Assembly (NCBI GenBank): GCA_002633005.1
Contig: NMRA01000014.1
Coordinates: 332,187 to 396,186 of the forward strand
Direction of reading: 5' to 3'
Source of the DNA: Phoronis australis
Lineage: Eukaryota; Animalia; Phoronida
DNA: 64,000 nucleotides
Shown here in pieces: positions 25,683 through 39,500 of the stretch. Numbering within the stretch: the first letter of the stretch is position 1; each line of letters opens with the position of its first letter. The position numbers and the translations under genes are program-made. The notes beneath the pieces are model-generated. The model had not been told where the DNA came from, made no database searches, and saw only the letters and a list, made by a program, of their open reading frames with translations.

Positions 25683-26139
25683 TTTACAAGAAGGGAGGTC
25701 AATACAGCTTAGACGACCAGGTTGCATTTTCGGCTGGCACGAAGCCGAGTGCGCGCTAAAGGCTGGGTGAGGCTGGCACGTACAGTTGTAAGGTGACCAG
25801 TAAATAAATATTGACAGACTGTTAACTGTCTGAGAAACTCATTTTGGTACTTGCTGTAGATATCTAACTCGGGTAGTAGAAAAAGCTTAACGTGCTTCAA
25901 CAGCAAAGTTTAAAGAAACGGTTAAGCCTATGTTACAATATTGACAGCCATCGATTGGGATTTTTTTACAGAGAGCTCGGACCTACCTTCTGATACAGTT
26001 CACTGCAACATTACACGAACTATGTATCTTTAACTCGTGAACTTGTTCAAAAGGTGCACATATGAATGAAATGGGAGTTGTTAAAGAAACAGTTTTTTAA
26101 AACCGTGTGTGCTTCAGGAGATTTGAAAAGCTCCTACAA

Positions 26140-26520
26140 CTCAGGGACCACTGACTAGTGGGATCATATAGCTCATTGCCCATTGTCTAATGTGATTCTA
26201 CTGCTCAGAACCCACTCACTAATATCCTCCTACAGGTCAAGGCCCATTTACTAATTTGCTCCTGCAGATCAGAGCTCACTAACTACATGTAATGTGCTCC
26301 TAGAGCTCAGATCTCACCAACTAATGCGCTCCTACAGATCACAAACCACCAACTAATGTGTTCCTACATCTCAAGACACACTGATTAATGTGCTCCTACA
26401 GCTCGGAGCCCTCTCGCTCATACACTCTTTTAGAACTGGGCCTACACAACAATGTGCTCCTACAGCTCAGAGTCCACTCACTAATTTCCTCATACATCTC
26501 TGGGCCTACTAACTAATTTA
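26140..26520. repeat. Degenerate minisatellite, unit about 33 bp
   Basis: Repeated cactaactaatgtgctcctacagctcagag-like units, about 11 copies. Confidence 0.8.
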
Positions 26521-27306
26521 ATGTCACCCTCATATGTTTCACTGGCTTAATTCATAGCTTGCATTCTTTAAGGGAAACGAAAAATGCGTTCTTTCATATT
26601 GTGCTTGTTTGCTATCGCATATATTCAGCTGATCGGCCCAGGTCAAGTCTACCTAATGCAAAAGAAAATGTTTCTCATTCGTCTACAAATATCGTTAATT
26701 TACAATGCAAATGCCACAAGCCCGTCGTAAAACCATATTTACATGTACGCTTTCCTTCGCAACCACAGTTAATTTGTAAAATATGGCGACTACCGTTGTT
26801 TTGCAAGTGACCGTCGCCCTGATTGCCTGGAATTGCAGTCCAACCTCGTTACAGTGTACCCTACCCAGAAAGTTGAGAGGACTATAACGTACAAACGGGC
26901 AAGTTCCGATTTAAGCCAATGAATGAAACTCTACCCTGGTTGGAACGAAATATCAAACGTAGTTAATTTGAAGGTCCCTTGTAGACGTTGTAAAAGGTTA
27001 GACTCTATTTGCTTGATTAACGTGTTGGAAATACTAGAGAGTAACCAGGTGTCGCAAATGTTTTCTCAGACCCAGCGCTAAATAACAATAAAATTTGGTA
27101 GTCTCCTCAACTGAATCCAACTACCGGCACAATGACCGGGTTTGCGAAGCAATTAAAAACCACGTCGTACCAAAAATCTATATCCAAGCAAAGTATAACA
27201 TTTAACTGATAACTGAAAGGTCGCTGTGTACAAGCTGTAAGCATGAGATACTTTTTTCGAACTACAACAAATTAGTTTTCATATTGTACATTTATTGTCT
27301 TTCCAG

Positions 27307-27505
27307 ATGCGTGACCGTGGGATTCCCGTCGACAAGGGGTGGGCATGGGTTGTGATGCTGTGCGGGCTTGCAATACACATCCTAGTCGGTGGCGCTGTCT
27401 ACAGTGTCAGCGTGCTGAACGTTCTGTTCATCGAGGCGTTTCAGGACAGTCGTGCCAATACGGCTTGGATTGGCGCACTGACGAACACTATGTTGTCTTG
27501 CACAG
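27307..27505 (+). CDS. SLC16 coding exon 1
   Basis: ttccag|ATGCGT...ACAG|gttag; MRDRGIPVDKGWAWVV...TAWIG. Confidence 0.9.
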
Positions 27506-30500
27506 GTTAGACATTTAAATGTCGCGATTGCTTGTCAGAGATGTTTACATGCATAGTACGTATTTGCAATTATATAATACTATTCAAGGTGCGCGTCCTG
27601 TGACGCAAGCCATTCGTGAGACCCCCTTGCGGAACGAAACCAGTGAGCATCAGTTTGCTCCTGCAGTACTGAAGATTGTACTGGCGTCCCTCAGTGACAA
27701 ACTATTTTTTTTTGCTTGCACTGGCGTCCCTTAATGACCAATTAGTTATCTTGCCAAGTGTTTTAATATCACCAGGTTCCTAGATACATCTTTATGAAAT
27801 TAGGAATACAAGTGTATGAAGGAGTCGACGGCACCTGCTCGTTTCAAGGGGAACTTTCAGTCATATCCATTATCTATATGATTGCTTGGCCAAATTGGTT
27901 AGAAACGCAACTGATAGCGGCGATGTGAATATGAAGTAGGTTGAAAATTGACAAACGTTTTTAAAGGAGAATGCCACCTAATTTAATTAATCTTTTTTAC
28001 CGTCTTAATCGGTCTATATCCACATCGCCTCTTATACGGTCGACCTCCCCTTGCCGAGAGGTGTCGCGTCAACCTGTGAGGAAGGTGAGAAACGACGCAG
28101 CGACGTCAGTGGTTCGTCTGCAGAGTGAATGCCGCTATATTGCGGTGCATCGTTCTCGCTTGTCCGACATATAAAGCCGCGAAGAAAGCGGGTATATCGT
28201 TTTTTCGACTTCCTCGAGAGCCCAGCATGCTTAGGAAGTGTCTTGCGAAAGTGAAGAATGGAAGGTACGCTGTTAATAGAAATTATGAGGCCGTGAAACA
28301 TCTCCGTGTCTGTGGCCGGCATTTCGTCGACAGTGATTTCTCGACGAATTCCGGCTTACCAAAGAACTATCCATACGTTCCGTTACCTGTGCATGTTCAC
28401 AGCGCCTCTCTAGTATTTCTTGGTCGGTGTATTACGGTTCGAAGTGATAGCCTGTGAAGCCTAACTATCCGACCCGTGAAGTCTTCGTCTGATGAGCTCT
28501 CGAGTAAGTTGGGATTAGCGCCGGGCAAGGTGCCATGTAGACGTTTATTATTCTGCGTTCTGTTTCAAAATGAATTGTTCTCATCCTAACCAATGCTTAT
28601 ATAAAACTGAAACAAAGTCTGTCTCATTAGATACAAATTGTAATGCCTTTGCAGTATTCGTTAGTGCAAATGTTGAGAACCCATACACCACTGCGTTACC
28701 GGCTTTTGATGCCGGCAATAAAGATAATTGACCAGGAAACCAGGCCGTGTGAGCGCGTGCTAATCCAGTGTTTGACAGAAAGCTGTTGTGAAACAATTAC
28801 ACGGTTTTACATGCTATGGTCACATGTTAGGGAAAGGTTTATTTAGAAATACAAACACATTATTCGAATCATTGATACTGTACAACCTTTGATCAGACGG
28901 TCTGTGGAAGGGTAACCCGACTTCGCGGCGACGGACAAGTACAACTCCTATCTGTATTTCTTGGAAAAATACTTCGAATTTATCTCCGAACAGACCTCTA
29001 ACTCCTGCTACGGACCTTGGTAAATTGGCCTGCCGAACTTTGTAGGTTACGGTGTGTCCAAATACCAATAAATCCGTAACAACGAAATAAAAACACATTT
29101 TTATAAAAACTCGGTGTATTTTTAAGGGTTTTACATCGAAGTTTGATGATTTTTTGGTGTTAAACGATGAATTCAAGCGATAAGCTGACACCAGTAACCC
29201 CTGTTGTGAACTGCTGAACAGACTGCGTGTGAAATCAATGACGTCACTGGATAATTTCAACGTCTGCCGTCAGGTGTATTGTAACGCAACCGAACAAGGA
29301 GTAGAACTACTCGATCGAAATTGATACAATATAGGTTGTTTTTTTTGGGTGGCATTCTCTTTTAAGAACGAGTTTTGTGGCGAAATCACCCGCCGCAAAT
29401 ACCTTAAGCGTGTCAAATAAGTATCGTGACGTGGTGCGTGCTATGTGAGCCCGCGAGGCACGTTATTACTGCAAAGGTCACCTATTTGCAGATTTTTTTG
29501 TTTTCACGTTTACAAGTTGTCAATAAATACAACTGCAGTTTGTGGTGTAGATTATCTTTAAATAGCATTGTCGTTTAGTTTCTGTTATACGTTAGCACAC
29601 TTCATACAAAAACACCATTAAGCAGGATACGACCTATTAAGAGAGAGTACAGTGTACATTACTAGTGTTGATTTTAGGCGGATTTGGCTAATGTGGTGCT
29701 CCCTCGAAGCTGTATAAGTTTTCTTCCCCTCAGACTCATTATGTCTCAAGTTCATTCTTGGCTCTTCTTGAAATTTGGCGTATGGGTTTCTGCTCAGAAA
29801 AGCACAGCTGATTTTGATTTAGGACTAATGTGACTACCGTGGGGCCCCTTGTAGAAAATACATATTACGTCTGCCTTAAATTTTATCAAATTCTTTGATG
29901 GACATTTATGATAACCGAAAGCTGGTGTTGATTTTCAAAGCATGATGCGTCCATGTTTTTATCCATGGTACATGACACCGCCCGTTCTAAGGGGGCTCAG
30001 AACAGTTCTCACAGGGTTGGCCTGTCAGAACACACCTTAATGTATTCGTCAACCTTTCTTCACTGTCATAAACTGCATGCAAAGAAAGAAAAGTTTCGAG
30101 TCATTTCACATCACAAGCGCTACAGATGAGCACAGAAACTGCATTCTCTTTTGTTTTTTTTACTCTTTCACTCTTACTGAAAATCAAGAAAAATAGGGCC
30201 AAAAAACACAAAATCACCACTTTTCATCCCAAAATCCCCACTTTCCCCGCCGATGCTCGACTAAAGCCTACATTAGATTGCGAAAGCAAATTTCCTACCG
30301 ATTTCAAATTTTTTAGACATAGCTAAATACCGGGCAACCTACGTCTGACACCTCCCATGTAACGTTTTTATTAATTTTGCAACTTCCTTTAGGCTCGCCA
30401 GCCTTTGAATTCGTCCACGCTTTCTCTGGGCATATGATGTGCCGCGTAGGCGTACATGTACATATACGCAGTCATGCGATTTTGCAATTTCGCTAAAATT

Positions 30501-33500
30501 AGATGATTTCAGGGAGCGACAACATGTGTCATTACATAGTGATGCCATTTTGTCGCACTCTACAGTGTCGCATAAGGGCCGACGTGTGACACTATACTCG
30601 GTAACAATGAACACCGACACATGAACACTCGGGCGATATTGAGCGTCGATGTTGATACACTGTAGCATACACTGTTGCCTTGCCGACAGTAGAAATATTG
30701 TGACAAACAAGGTGGTGCATGTGATTAAAAACTAAAATCTTTTGTTTTTTGTGACGGCTGTAGAAACAAGTGGAAAAGTATTGAAAAGTAATTAATTTTG
30801 GTACTTGGTTGTCATAACGGGTACATGTACGATTCGAAATTAACCAAGTTCATTAAAGCCCACTACACGTTTTCGGGTCTGAGAGTACATGCACATGCAT
30901 TTGTTTTATTCCATTCCAGGTATATTTTCCAGCTTATTAGTTAGCTGGTTTAACTTCCGCTGGACTGTAGTGATTGGAGGTATTTTGGTAGCAACGGGAT
31001 GCTTCCTCAGCGCCTTCGCCAGCACCTTGGTGCATATGATGCTGACATATGGACTAATAACTGGTACGTTCAGCAATTCTCAGAGTAAAATAATTTTACT
31101 GGCGCGCGACTTACCTTAATTTATGTGTGGTGCACTTACCGACTACCTAACAATGTTGTCCCATAATTTTTAGACTTCTGAATAAATTGATAAGGGTCCG
31201 GAGATGGTTGCGATCACCTGCGACGACTATGCGAATATTTCTGGAGTACATGTTTAACGGCAAATATCGCGCGTGCGAAGAGTTAACCTAAGGAAACCAG
31301 GGGAAGTTTGCAATCATTTCTAGATATACAATTTATTCCTATTCATAATTAATGAGAGAGAAGTATGATCTTTACGGTACTATCTCACATTGTTAACTAC
31401 TTGAGCTTCTGCACTACGAAGAATGCCTTATGCACTGGAATCAATCATTAACATAACCTTTAAATCAAGCGAAATACGATAGCAACTAAGGTTGCGCATT
31501 TTCCCTTCATTTAGCCAAATAATTACAAAATTGTAGAATTTAACATCGCAAAAGTATGTATTTTTGAGCGCCAGAAAGTCTGTAGAATTTGAATATTTAC
31601 TTTATACCAATATACCACCAATAACTGAGTTCACATAACCTTTGTTTTTTAACGATTAGCAATAAATAAAGGAAAAACAACAGGATCAATTACATGACCA
31701 AATTTCAAACAGCTGTTTAAGTTTTCTAAATTATCGTTTCGTGAACGTTTTAATATCTTTCACAAATATCATAGAAGTTTTTTCTTTTATAGTTCATCAT
31801 GCAAAGAGGAACATTCCAAAACAATTCCAGAATTTGGAGAACAGTGCATAAAACATTATTTGCAATTTTCAGGTGAACCAGTTCAACGACTTCTGAGACA
31901 TGATGTTCCAAATTTGGCCAAAATTGAACATTTCTCTGTTGTCTCGCACAACCTTAAGACCCCGTAACGTAATGGTCGCTGTCGCGAACCCCCACTACCG
32001 TTGTATTATACAATAAGTAAATTATGTTACCATAGTGACTTCTTGCAATGCATTGTGAATAGGAACTGCTACTACAGAAGCTGGCAACAACTGCCATGTA
32101 TCAGTAAAAACACCAACGTCCACAACAACTTGCAAGAGGCTGCAAGTGACTCTCGCAACATTATGGAGATCACCTTTTAGACATTTGTCAAAGTTCCATA
32201 TTTGGTTTTATTGAAGGTAAATGTTACTGACATATGAATCTGCACTAAAACAAAACAATCAACCACATTCGTGTTGCTTTGCCTTGAGAGAAATTGGTCC
32301 AGTTCAATAAATTGGTTAATTTTATAGATAATTTGTTGTGGATTTCGCGCCTTACCATGTTTCCGATGCTATTATAGCGGAGCGGTCATTGAGTCCTTCA
32401 TTGTAGTGGCACACGGCATAAAGTGAGAAGTACATGTAGAGGACGTAACAGTAGATATTGAATCACTTAGGCCTGCAATAGATGGCTCAGGGATGCGCAA
32501 TATTTTTTAAATACTGAGGCTAGTTTACGACAAAGATAAACATTGAAAAGGAACTCTATTTACTTGACACATGTAATGACAAGCGAACCATTTTGTAGGC
32601 GTTGGATTCGGAATGGTCGTGACGCCCACGTGTGCTGTCATTGGATTTTACTTCAAGAAATTTCTCATCATCGCCGCAGCTGTCGCAAGCCTGGGTGCTG
32701 GAATTGGGGCTCTCGTTATGGCACCTTTGATACAAAAGTTAGCTGACAAACTTGGCTGGAGAAGTGCTATGCTCATTCTTGGTGCCATGGAATTGCACTT
32801 ATGTATATTCGGTGCCCTTATCCGTCCTGTCAAACGATTGCCACCCAGTGGCATTCCAGGATCATACCAGCAGAGGAGTCCTATTATTAATACTGGAATT
32901 TTTCACCAGTACTTTATACTGCTGAAAAACAAACGATATCTCTCGTTATGTTTAAGCCAGTTCCTCATCTCAACCGGCCACTGGATTTTCTACATACATA
33001 TTTCAGCATTTGCAATAACGTGTGGCTCAAGTCAGGAAAACGCGTCATTTTTGATGTCCATTGTTGGCTTTCTCAGCATGACAGCACGCCTCCTCATGCC
33101 TTTTGCCGCCACCGACAAAAACATTGACACTTTATTGATAGTAGCCGGATCTCTTGGACTGAATGGGGTGTTCCTTCTTCTGACTCCTCTCTTAATGCCG
33201 TACGATTGGGGACAGATGTTATTGGCGGCCCTATTTGGCTTCTATGGTAACGGTTACGTCCCACTTTTGACTGCAATAACGGTGGAAGTGGTTGGTTTGG
33301 ACATGCTAACAGCGGCATATGGCGGATGGAGTCTTATGTATGGTATTGGTGCGCTGGTCAGCCCACCTCTTGCCGGTATGCCAGGCATTCATGATTACGT
33401 GTCAGTCAGGCTTAAGTTGCTAAAAAGTACATGAAAATGTGCGGATTGGCTTTGTGTTATGACCATAAGGCGCGAGGCAATTTAAGAAATGCACAAAACC

Positions 33501-36500
33501 TGTGTCAAAGGACTAGAATTAACTAAAGCTTCGATGTGAAATATCAGAAATGAGTGAAAGTTAATAAGATCATATGCACGTCATTATCAAACTTCTAGAC
33601 AGTGTGAAATATTATGTTGTATTCTTACATTCCAGGATGGCTTTACGACATGACACTGTCTTATCAGTATAGCTTCTTGTTGTCCGGTAAGTGTATTGTG
33701 TGCTCCATCTGACTGTCATTTGTAGTTCCAACAGGTTGAACAGTTGTCGAATTCCCTTTCATCAAGTAAACAATGAAAAATTATGGATGCAGCTTTCATC
33801 AATAAGGGTCTGGTCATGGAGTGATCCATAGGCAGTTACGTGAACAAACAATATAGACGAGGGTAGCAGAGGTGTCATTTGTTGTAAGCTAAGGCCGGGT
33901 ATGAGGAGAGTGTCAAGTGTAATTAACTGTTATCTGGGCTAGCCATAAGTATTTAGAAATCTTCACTATTTGGCCTCCAAATGACGACTAGGAGGGATAT
34001 TAGAAAGATATTGGACATGTTTCAAAAAAACTGTAGTTCGCAACTCTGATATTCGGGTGAATCAACGTGCAACGTTTTTACCTCATCTGTCATGATTTGA
34101 CATGCTATTACACTCCACACTTTTGCAACTTAAATTTGACTGGTGTATACTAAAATTCTATTGCTCATTAAACATACAGTGCGCGTGTAAAGTAATACTT
34201 TATCTTAAAAAACGACCAACTCGTTCTCCGACGAATTGTTTGGTCCTTTGTAAGTGCCACTGTCGCAGGTGCTTTGGTTTAGGCGTGAGTATGTTTCAAG
34301 ATACACCCTTGCAAGTAAAGCCTGTGTGAGGAATGAACCCTGGGAGGCACTCATATTGACAAGGTTAAAGTACTGGTCAGAAAATTCGGGTAGGCAATAC
34401 TTGCCCTGTCTTGCAGGATTCGTGCGGTATTCAATAGGCCTCCTAAGGAGACCTGGTTCTTACCTCAGCACTGGCTAGCTTCCTATCCGCAATAAGCGTC
34501 ACTGCCGTTTTCTATACCTGAAATTTCCGCAGAAAGGCCCACCCGAGGAAATGCCCATGCCTATGAGCGATTATTTGGTGTTACAACTTTGGGTTTCAAG
34601 TGTTCAGACGTTGGGACGTTTATTCGAAAATTTGTAAGCGGTGCAAATTGGTTCTGAGATACATCGCCTTTGACAAATGCGCAAGGTTTGAAGCAGTTCA
34701 TGAACGGGTCAAATAGGGTTGCGTTGTGACTCTTTTGAATGGACATGACAACCTCACGGGGCTTTGTGCCAAGCTGCAAAAACGAGATGCTGACGACGCT
34801 TCCAAGCTCATTGACATAGCAGTTGACGAAATGCAAGCGTTAAGAACAAACATCGAAGGTGTCTGGGTTGAATGGTTCCAAGACGCGCAAACCAAAGCTG
34901 AGAACATTGGATGCGATATCCAGATTCCTCGGCAGTCCAGACACCAGAGGCATAGGACTAACTTTCTGCAAACTCACCCAGGTAATATATTATAATTAAA
35001 CACATTTTGTACATAATGTCGGGTTTTTAACTTTTTTCTTTGCTGTTTGTGTGTAATGAAAGTAGAAATTGTTTTTGGACATGTCAAATTTACCTAATAA
35101 AGCACAGGTCTACGAGCGCATAGAAACTGATTCTTGTTTGTATTTCCACTTGGCTCTTTATCTGGTATATAACCAAAATCTATGTCACGTAGTGCGTAGT
35201 TAAACTTGATGTCAATACTTGTTTCTTCCACTGAGCTCTGCAGAAGAACAGCGAGAACATCCTTCCTAGACAACATCCCACAACAGTTGACCACCAGGTT
35301 TTCGAAAGACAACAGGTAGGTGGAAGCTGTCATATCTTGTGTAGGAGCAGGATGAAGGATGCAGACTTAGGTTCACTAGAGGATCGTATACACTTCTTGG
35401 ACATAGACTCGCCATCAGCAGATTCCCTGAAGGTGACTGATTCCCTTCTGACTGTCAATATTTTGAGTAACATGTTTGTCTTACATATTGCCCTATGTAA
35501 TGGTAGAAACATAAAAATATCAATATCTTTTGCTCTCATTTCAGCGAGAACTCCGACGCTGGCGGTCCTTCTGGAATCCTGCAATTACCAACTGAAGTAA
35601 CTTGTGTTTCACACTCAAGCACGCAAACGGCGACATCTTCCCAAATGTCAGGAAGCTGATATGGATAGCATGAGTAGCCCCTATTCGATCCTGTGATGCA
35701 GAGAGATTATTTTCTGTGCTCAGGCGTGTGAAGACACATTCTAGGGCTACTACGCCTGAGTAAAGAGTTGTTAGGTTATCACTTATGGCCATGCATTACG
35801 AAACAACGAAAAAACTAGACAGGTCACTGGACGTCAACTACAGCGCTTTCTCCAGAGCAACCCAGTGCGTGTGTTCTGCAAGTGCATCTTGTTTGACTGA
35901 ATGTGCGTCAAGTCTTGTCAATGATTAAGGCAAGGTACATACAAGCAACCTCTAGGGATCAAAAACTTTCTAACGAACGGCCAATTGGTCTTGTACTATA
36001 TTTTCACCACGGTGTAGAGCTACAGTATGTCAAAATCTTACATGGATGTCAACCAACTGGTTAGGTGTACAGTACCTTACTAGGCTGACAACCAACGAAC
36101 ACACGCCACCTTGTGGTTTGTTGACATCCAACATAGCTTCGTAAAGCTAGAAGTGTTTCGCTGGATTTCCAGGTCTGTAGCGTTATTTATACCGGACCAA
36201 AACTAAAAAAACGAGACCTTTGTTTGAATCTGGAGCTGCATGATACACGTTTTACCAGACGTGCGCAGGCAGCGCATGTGGGTCCATTATACTGATCACT
36301 TGGAACCATTCTTATGGTTTATTGATATATAGTTAAACCAAGCTGAGGAGCTTGAAACCTGATTCACGGGAATTTTTCGCAGTGGGATTTTCTGAAAAAT
36401 GCTCGTAAGTTAACAACAAAGTTTGATATCAATGCACTGCAACTTTGTAGAAACTCTGCCATAGGTTACAGATGCGTCACAGAGCGTAAATTTGATGAAT

Positions 36501-39500
36501 TCTATCTTACGATTTCACCTGTTTCGGAAACCGGGTTTCAACCACTTTTGGGCTATAATAAGCGCCCTTCCTGAAGCGGATTTTTCGAAGCGACCTGGCC
36601 TCTTATTAGGGCGAATATGGTAATATTCCAGAAGGGAAATACTTAGTATCCTTTATGCACGTGACCCTTTTGTTACATTAGGAGTGGGATTGGTTCATTA
36701 TGTACGCTACAGGTGGTATAGGACTTTACAAAACTGGTTGAAGAATTTTGTTTTCTTCATAAACCTTCGTTTGAAAGGCTTAAGTTTGGAAATGTTAAGA
36801 CTTAAGGCGGAAATTTAAAAACCATTTATCCGCTTACAAAAATTTAACATTAAAGAATAAAAAACCTTCACCATTTGAGCATTTATTGCAATAATGCATT
36901 TGTCAAAGGAAGTGTAGGGGGATGGATTTTTTTTCAAATGAGAACCATTCATTACACAACACACATCCCGTGGAGTCCGCTCGGTGTTATCATCGAAAAA
37001 TTATTATTGATTACTGCAGCAGAATATTTGTGCAAGTCGGAATGTTGCGATGTTGCATTTTAAAGGTACGTGTACCAAAAGATTTCAAAAGAAATTAGAC
37101 AGACTTCAATGGAAGTCTCCCAGACTGCCAAATTTGGATAAACTTCTTACCAGAATAATTTGTTAGTTTACGCAGTCGAACTTTTGTCAGAGTTGAATGC
37201 CGACATTGTGTCTACTTCCTTAACTTTTTGTTTGTGAATGGTCTTGCGCAATAAATTTTTTTTGTTGAGATTTAGCTAGAATTGGGTTGGATTCTATTGG
37301 AAAAGAAATAAATATTTTATTAGTCTTGTCATATTGCGACATTGTGTAGTTTAGTTTGAAAAATACTGTATGCTAGCCTTTCTACCTTTACACAGGATGT
37401 TTTTTGTTGTATTGTAATTTGGTGGTATGTTGGAAAAAATAAAAACTTAGACCTGTCCATGCAGATATTGTTAAAGCAAAGTCACATTCTTATTTTTAAA
37501 TATCTTTACAAACTATCCACCATTTTCGTTGTAACATGTATCGTCTCCATAGACTCCGGTCCACCTGCACTAACATGGAAAACGTGTTTTCTGTGATCCC
37601 CTGAGCTTTCCAAAAAGAATGGGCCCAACTCGAGGGTTTCATTTTTGTCTATGAAAGTGTCTCATTAAAGGTATTAAAATTTTTATAAAATTGAAAATGT
37701 GAAACCCAATACTGTTTTAAGTATTGGTTAAATTTGGAATTATGTGGAAGACGATTGCTAATGTGTTAGAGTAGTCTCAAGAACAGGAATTGCGTTTACA
37801 GTTTATTGTAATCTGCGAGAGAAAGCTTGCTTCACCGCATTTTTTTTGTAAAATGAAAAGGCATTGATTCCAAGTTTGCTTATTATAGGGAACAGTATTT
37901 TGTTCTGATTTAATTTAGCATACAGCTTTGTACCAAGGCAAGAGCGACGGCTGGTATCCTATGTCCGCCCTCTTAGACGACACCTTTTTCGCAGAGTTTA
38001 AGCAACTAGGTGCCATACAAAAAGGCGTGGAGAACTTTTTACTACACTGGCAGTAAATAATAAGAATTGGTGATGCAATGATGAAACGCGATGTAAACTC
38101 TATCCACTCAAGCCGCAATATGGAGCAGAAATGTGTGATAAGTAGTCGATGTCCTATCAACAACTGACACATCAGTCAATCAGATTGCTGTCAGCATTAG
38201 TGTTTTTACAATAAAACGTGAATCAGCTTTTGTTTGGAGCGCAATTTGGGCAAATGTGAGTTTTATTTGTATGTTAGAACCGGTTTACTGCTGCATTATT
38301 TTTACAACAGTCATCTTTTAAACTTGGCACTGGGTAAAAATTAATCGCTGATAATTTGCAGGGACAGAAAAAATGTTCATGATGTCTTGGTATCTTTCAG
38401 ACATAGGGTTTGTAAAGCGAAAATAGAATGGCCTGCTTAAACGTGGAATTCGGAAGAAAATAATTGTCAATGTGTTCAATAAAGTCTCAAGATAAGAAAT
38501 AAATTGTGCTTACAACATATTGTTACCAACCACAGAATGTTTGGTTCACCATGTGACTTTGTAAAGCTAATATACAATCATTCTACATGTAAGTTTAAGC
38601 AAAAGCGTGGCTTGCTTAAACTTGGAATTTACGGGGTAGAAAAAACTCGGCCACAAGTCTTCCGAAATTAATGGAAAATGCATAGAAAGTTTATTGCAAC
38701 CAGTTAATGAATGTTTAATTCTCCTCTTGATCAAACATCAAGCTTTATTTTTATATTGGAATGTGCAGTATCACAGAAATAATACGACTCAAATGGCCAC
38801 CGTAGCCGTAGGGCTATGACCTTGAATGCCCCGTCCATTACTGAGGGAACATGTAATCACAATACAGTCCTTAAATGGTTTTTTATTCCAGTACCTCTGT
38901 ACTAACCAGTATTCATGGCCAGGCCACGGTAGCTTTATCTCGATTTTTAGAAATCTTTTCTCTCCGTAGCCTACCAGTTCAGTAACGATTTCAGCCCAAG
39001 CGCTTTTTTCTGTGTGTGCCAGGCAGCCGCTTAATTCCAAGTTCACGTACGGGGTGTGGCAGTTTGCTTAATCTCAAGTTCACGCAACACTCACTTCCGC
39101 TTATTCTTGAGATTAAGCAGGATTCCAAGTTCAAGTACAACATCATTGCCAGTCCTCACGATGTCAGGGAATCCCATTCACTCTTCTTAAATTTGAAGCC
39201 GCCGTTGGTCACCACAGACTTGACGTGTCCCCCAGATGTTGTCTGTGCTTGAGAATATAAGTCGTGATCACACAATGAAGAGTAATGAACTGTCAGATTT
39301 GTTTGGAATAGTGGAAATTCCAAGCAGTGAATTTTAGAAGATAACGAACCTGCGGAGTAGTGGACATTCGGAGTACTGGACTTTCGGAGTATTGAACCTT
39401 CGTCATAGTGACATGGAACCTTGGAAATCTTTTACATCAAGTTTGGAGCTCTTATAAAGTCTGTAGGGTTGTGCACCATTGACATTGATTGACTAGAGAA

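Noticed and set aside
26140-26520. CRISPR-like periodicity
   Set aside because: The units are contiguous degenerate tandem copies without unique spacers; eukaryotic context, no cas genes.
28489-28510. CTGATGAGCTCTCGAGT hammerhead-like start
   Set aside because: No GAAA follows the hairpin.
36873-37445. Possible L1-like 3' fragment ending in AATAAAAA
   Set aside because: Too decayed to translate into recognisable motifs.
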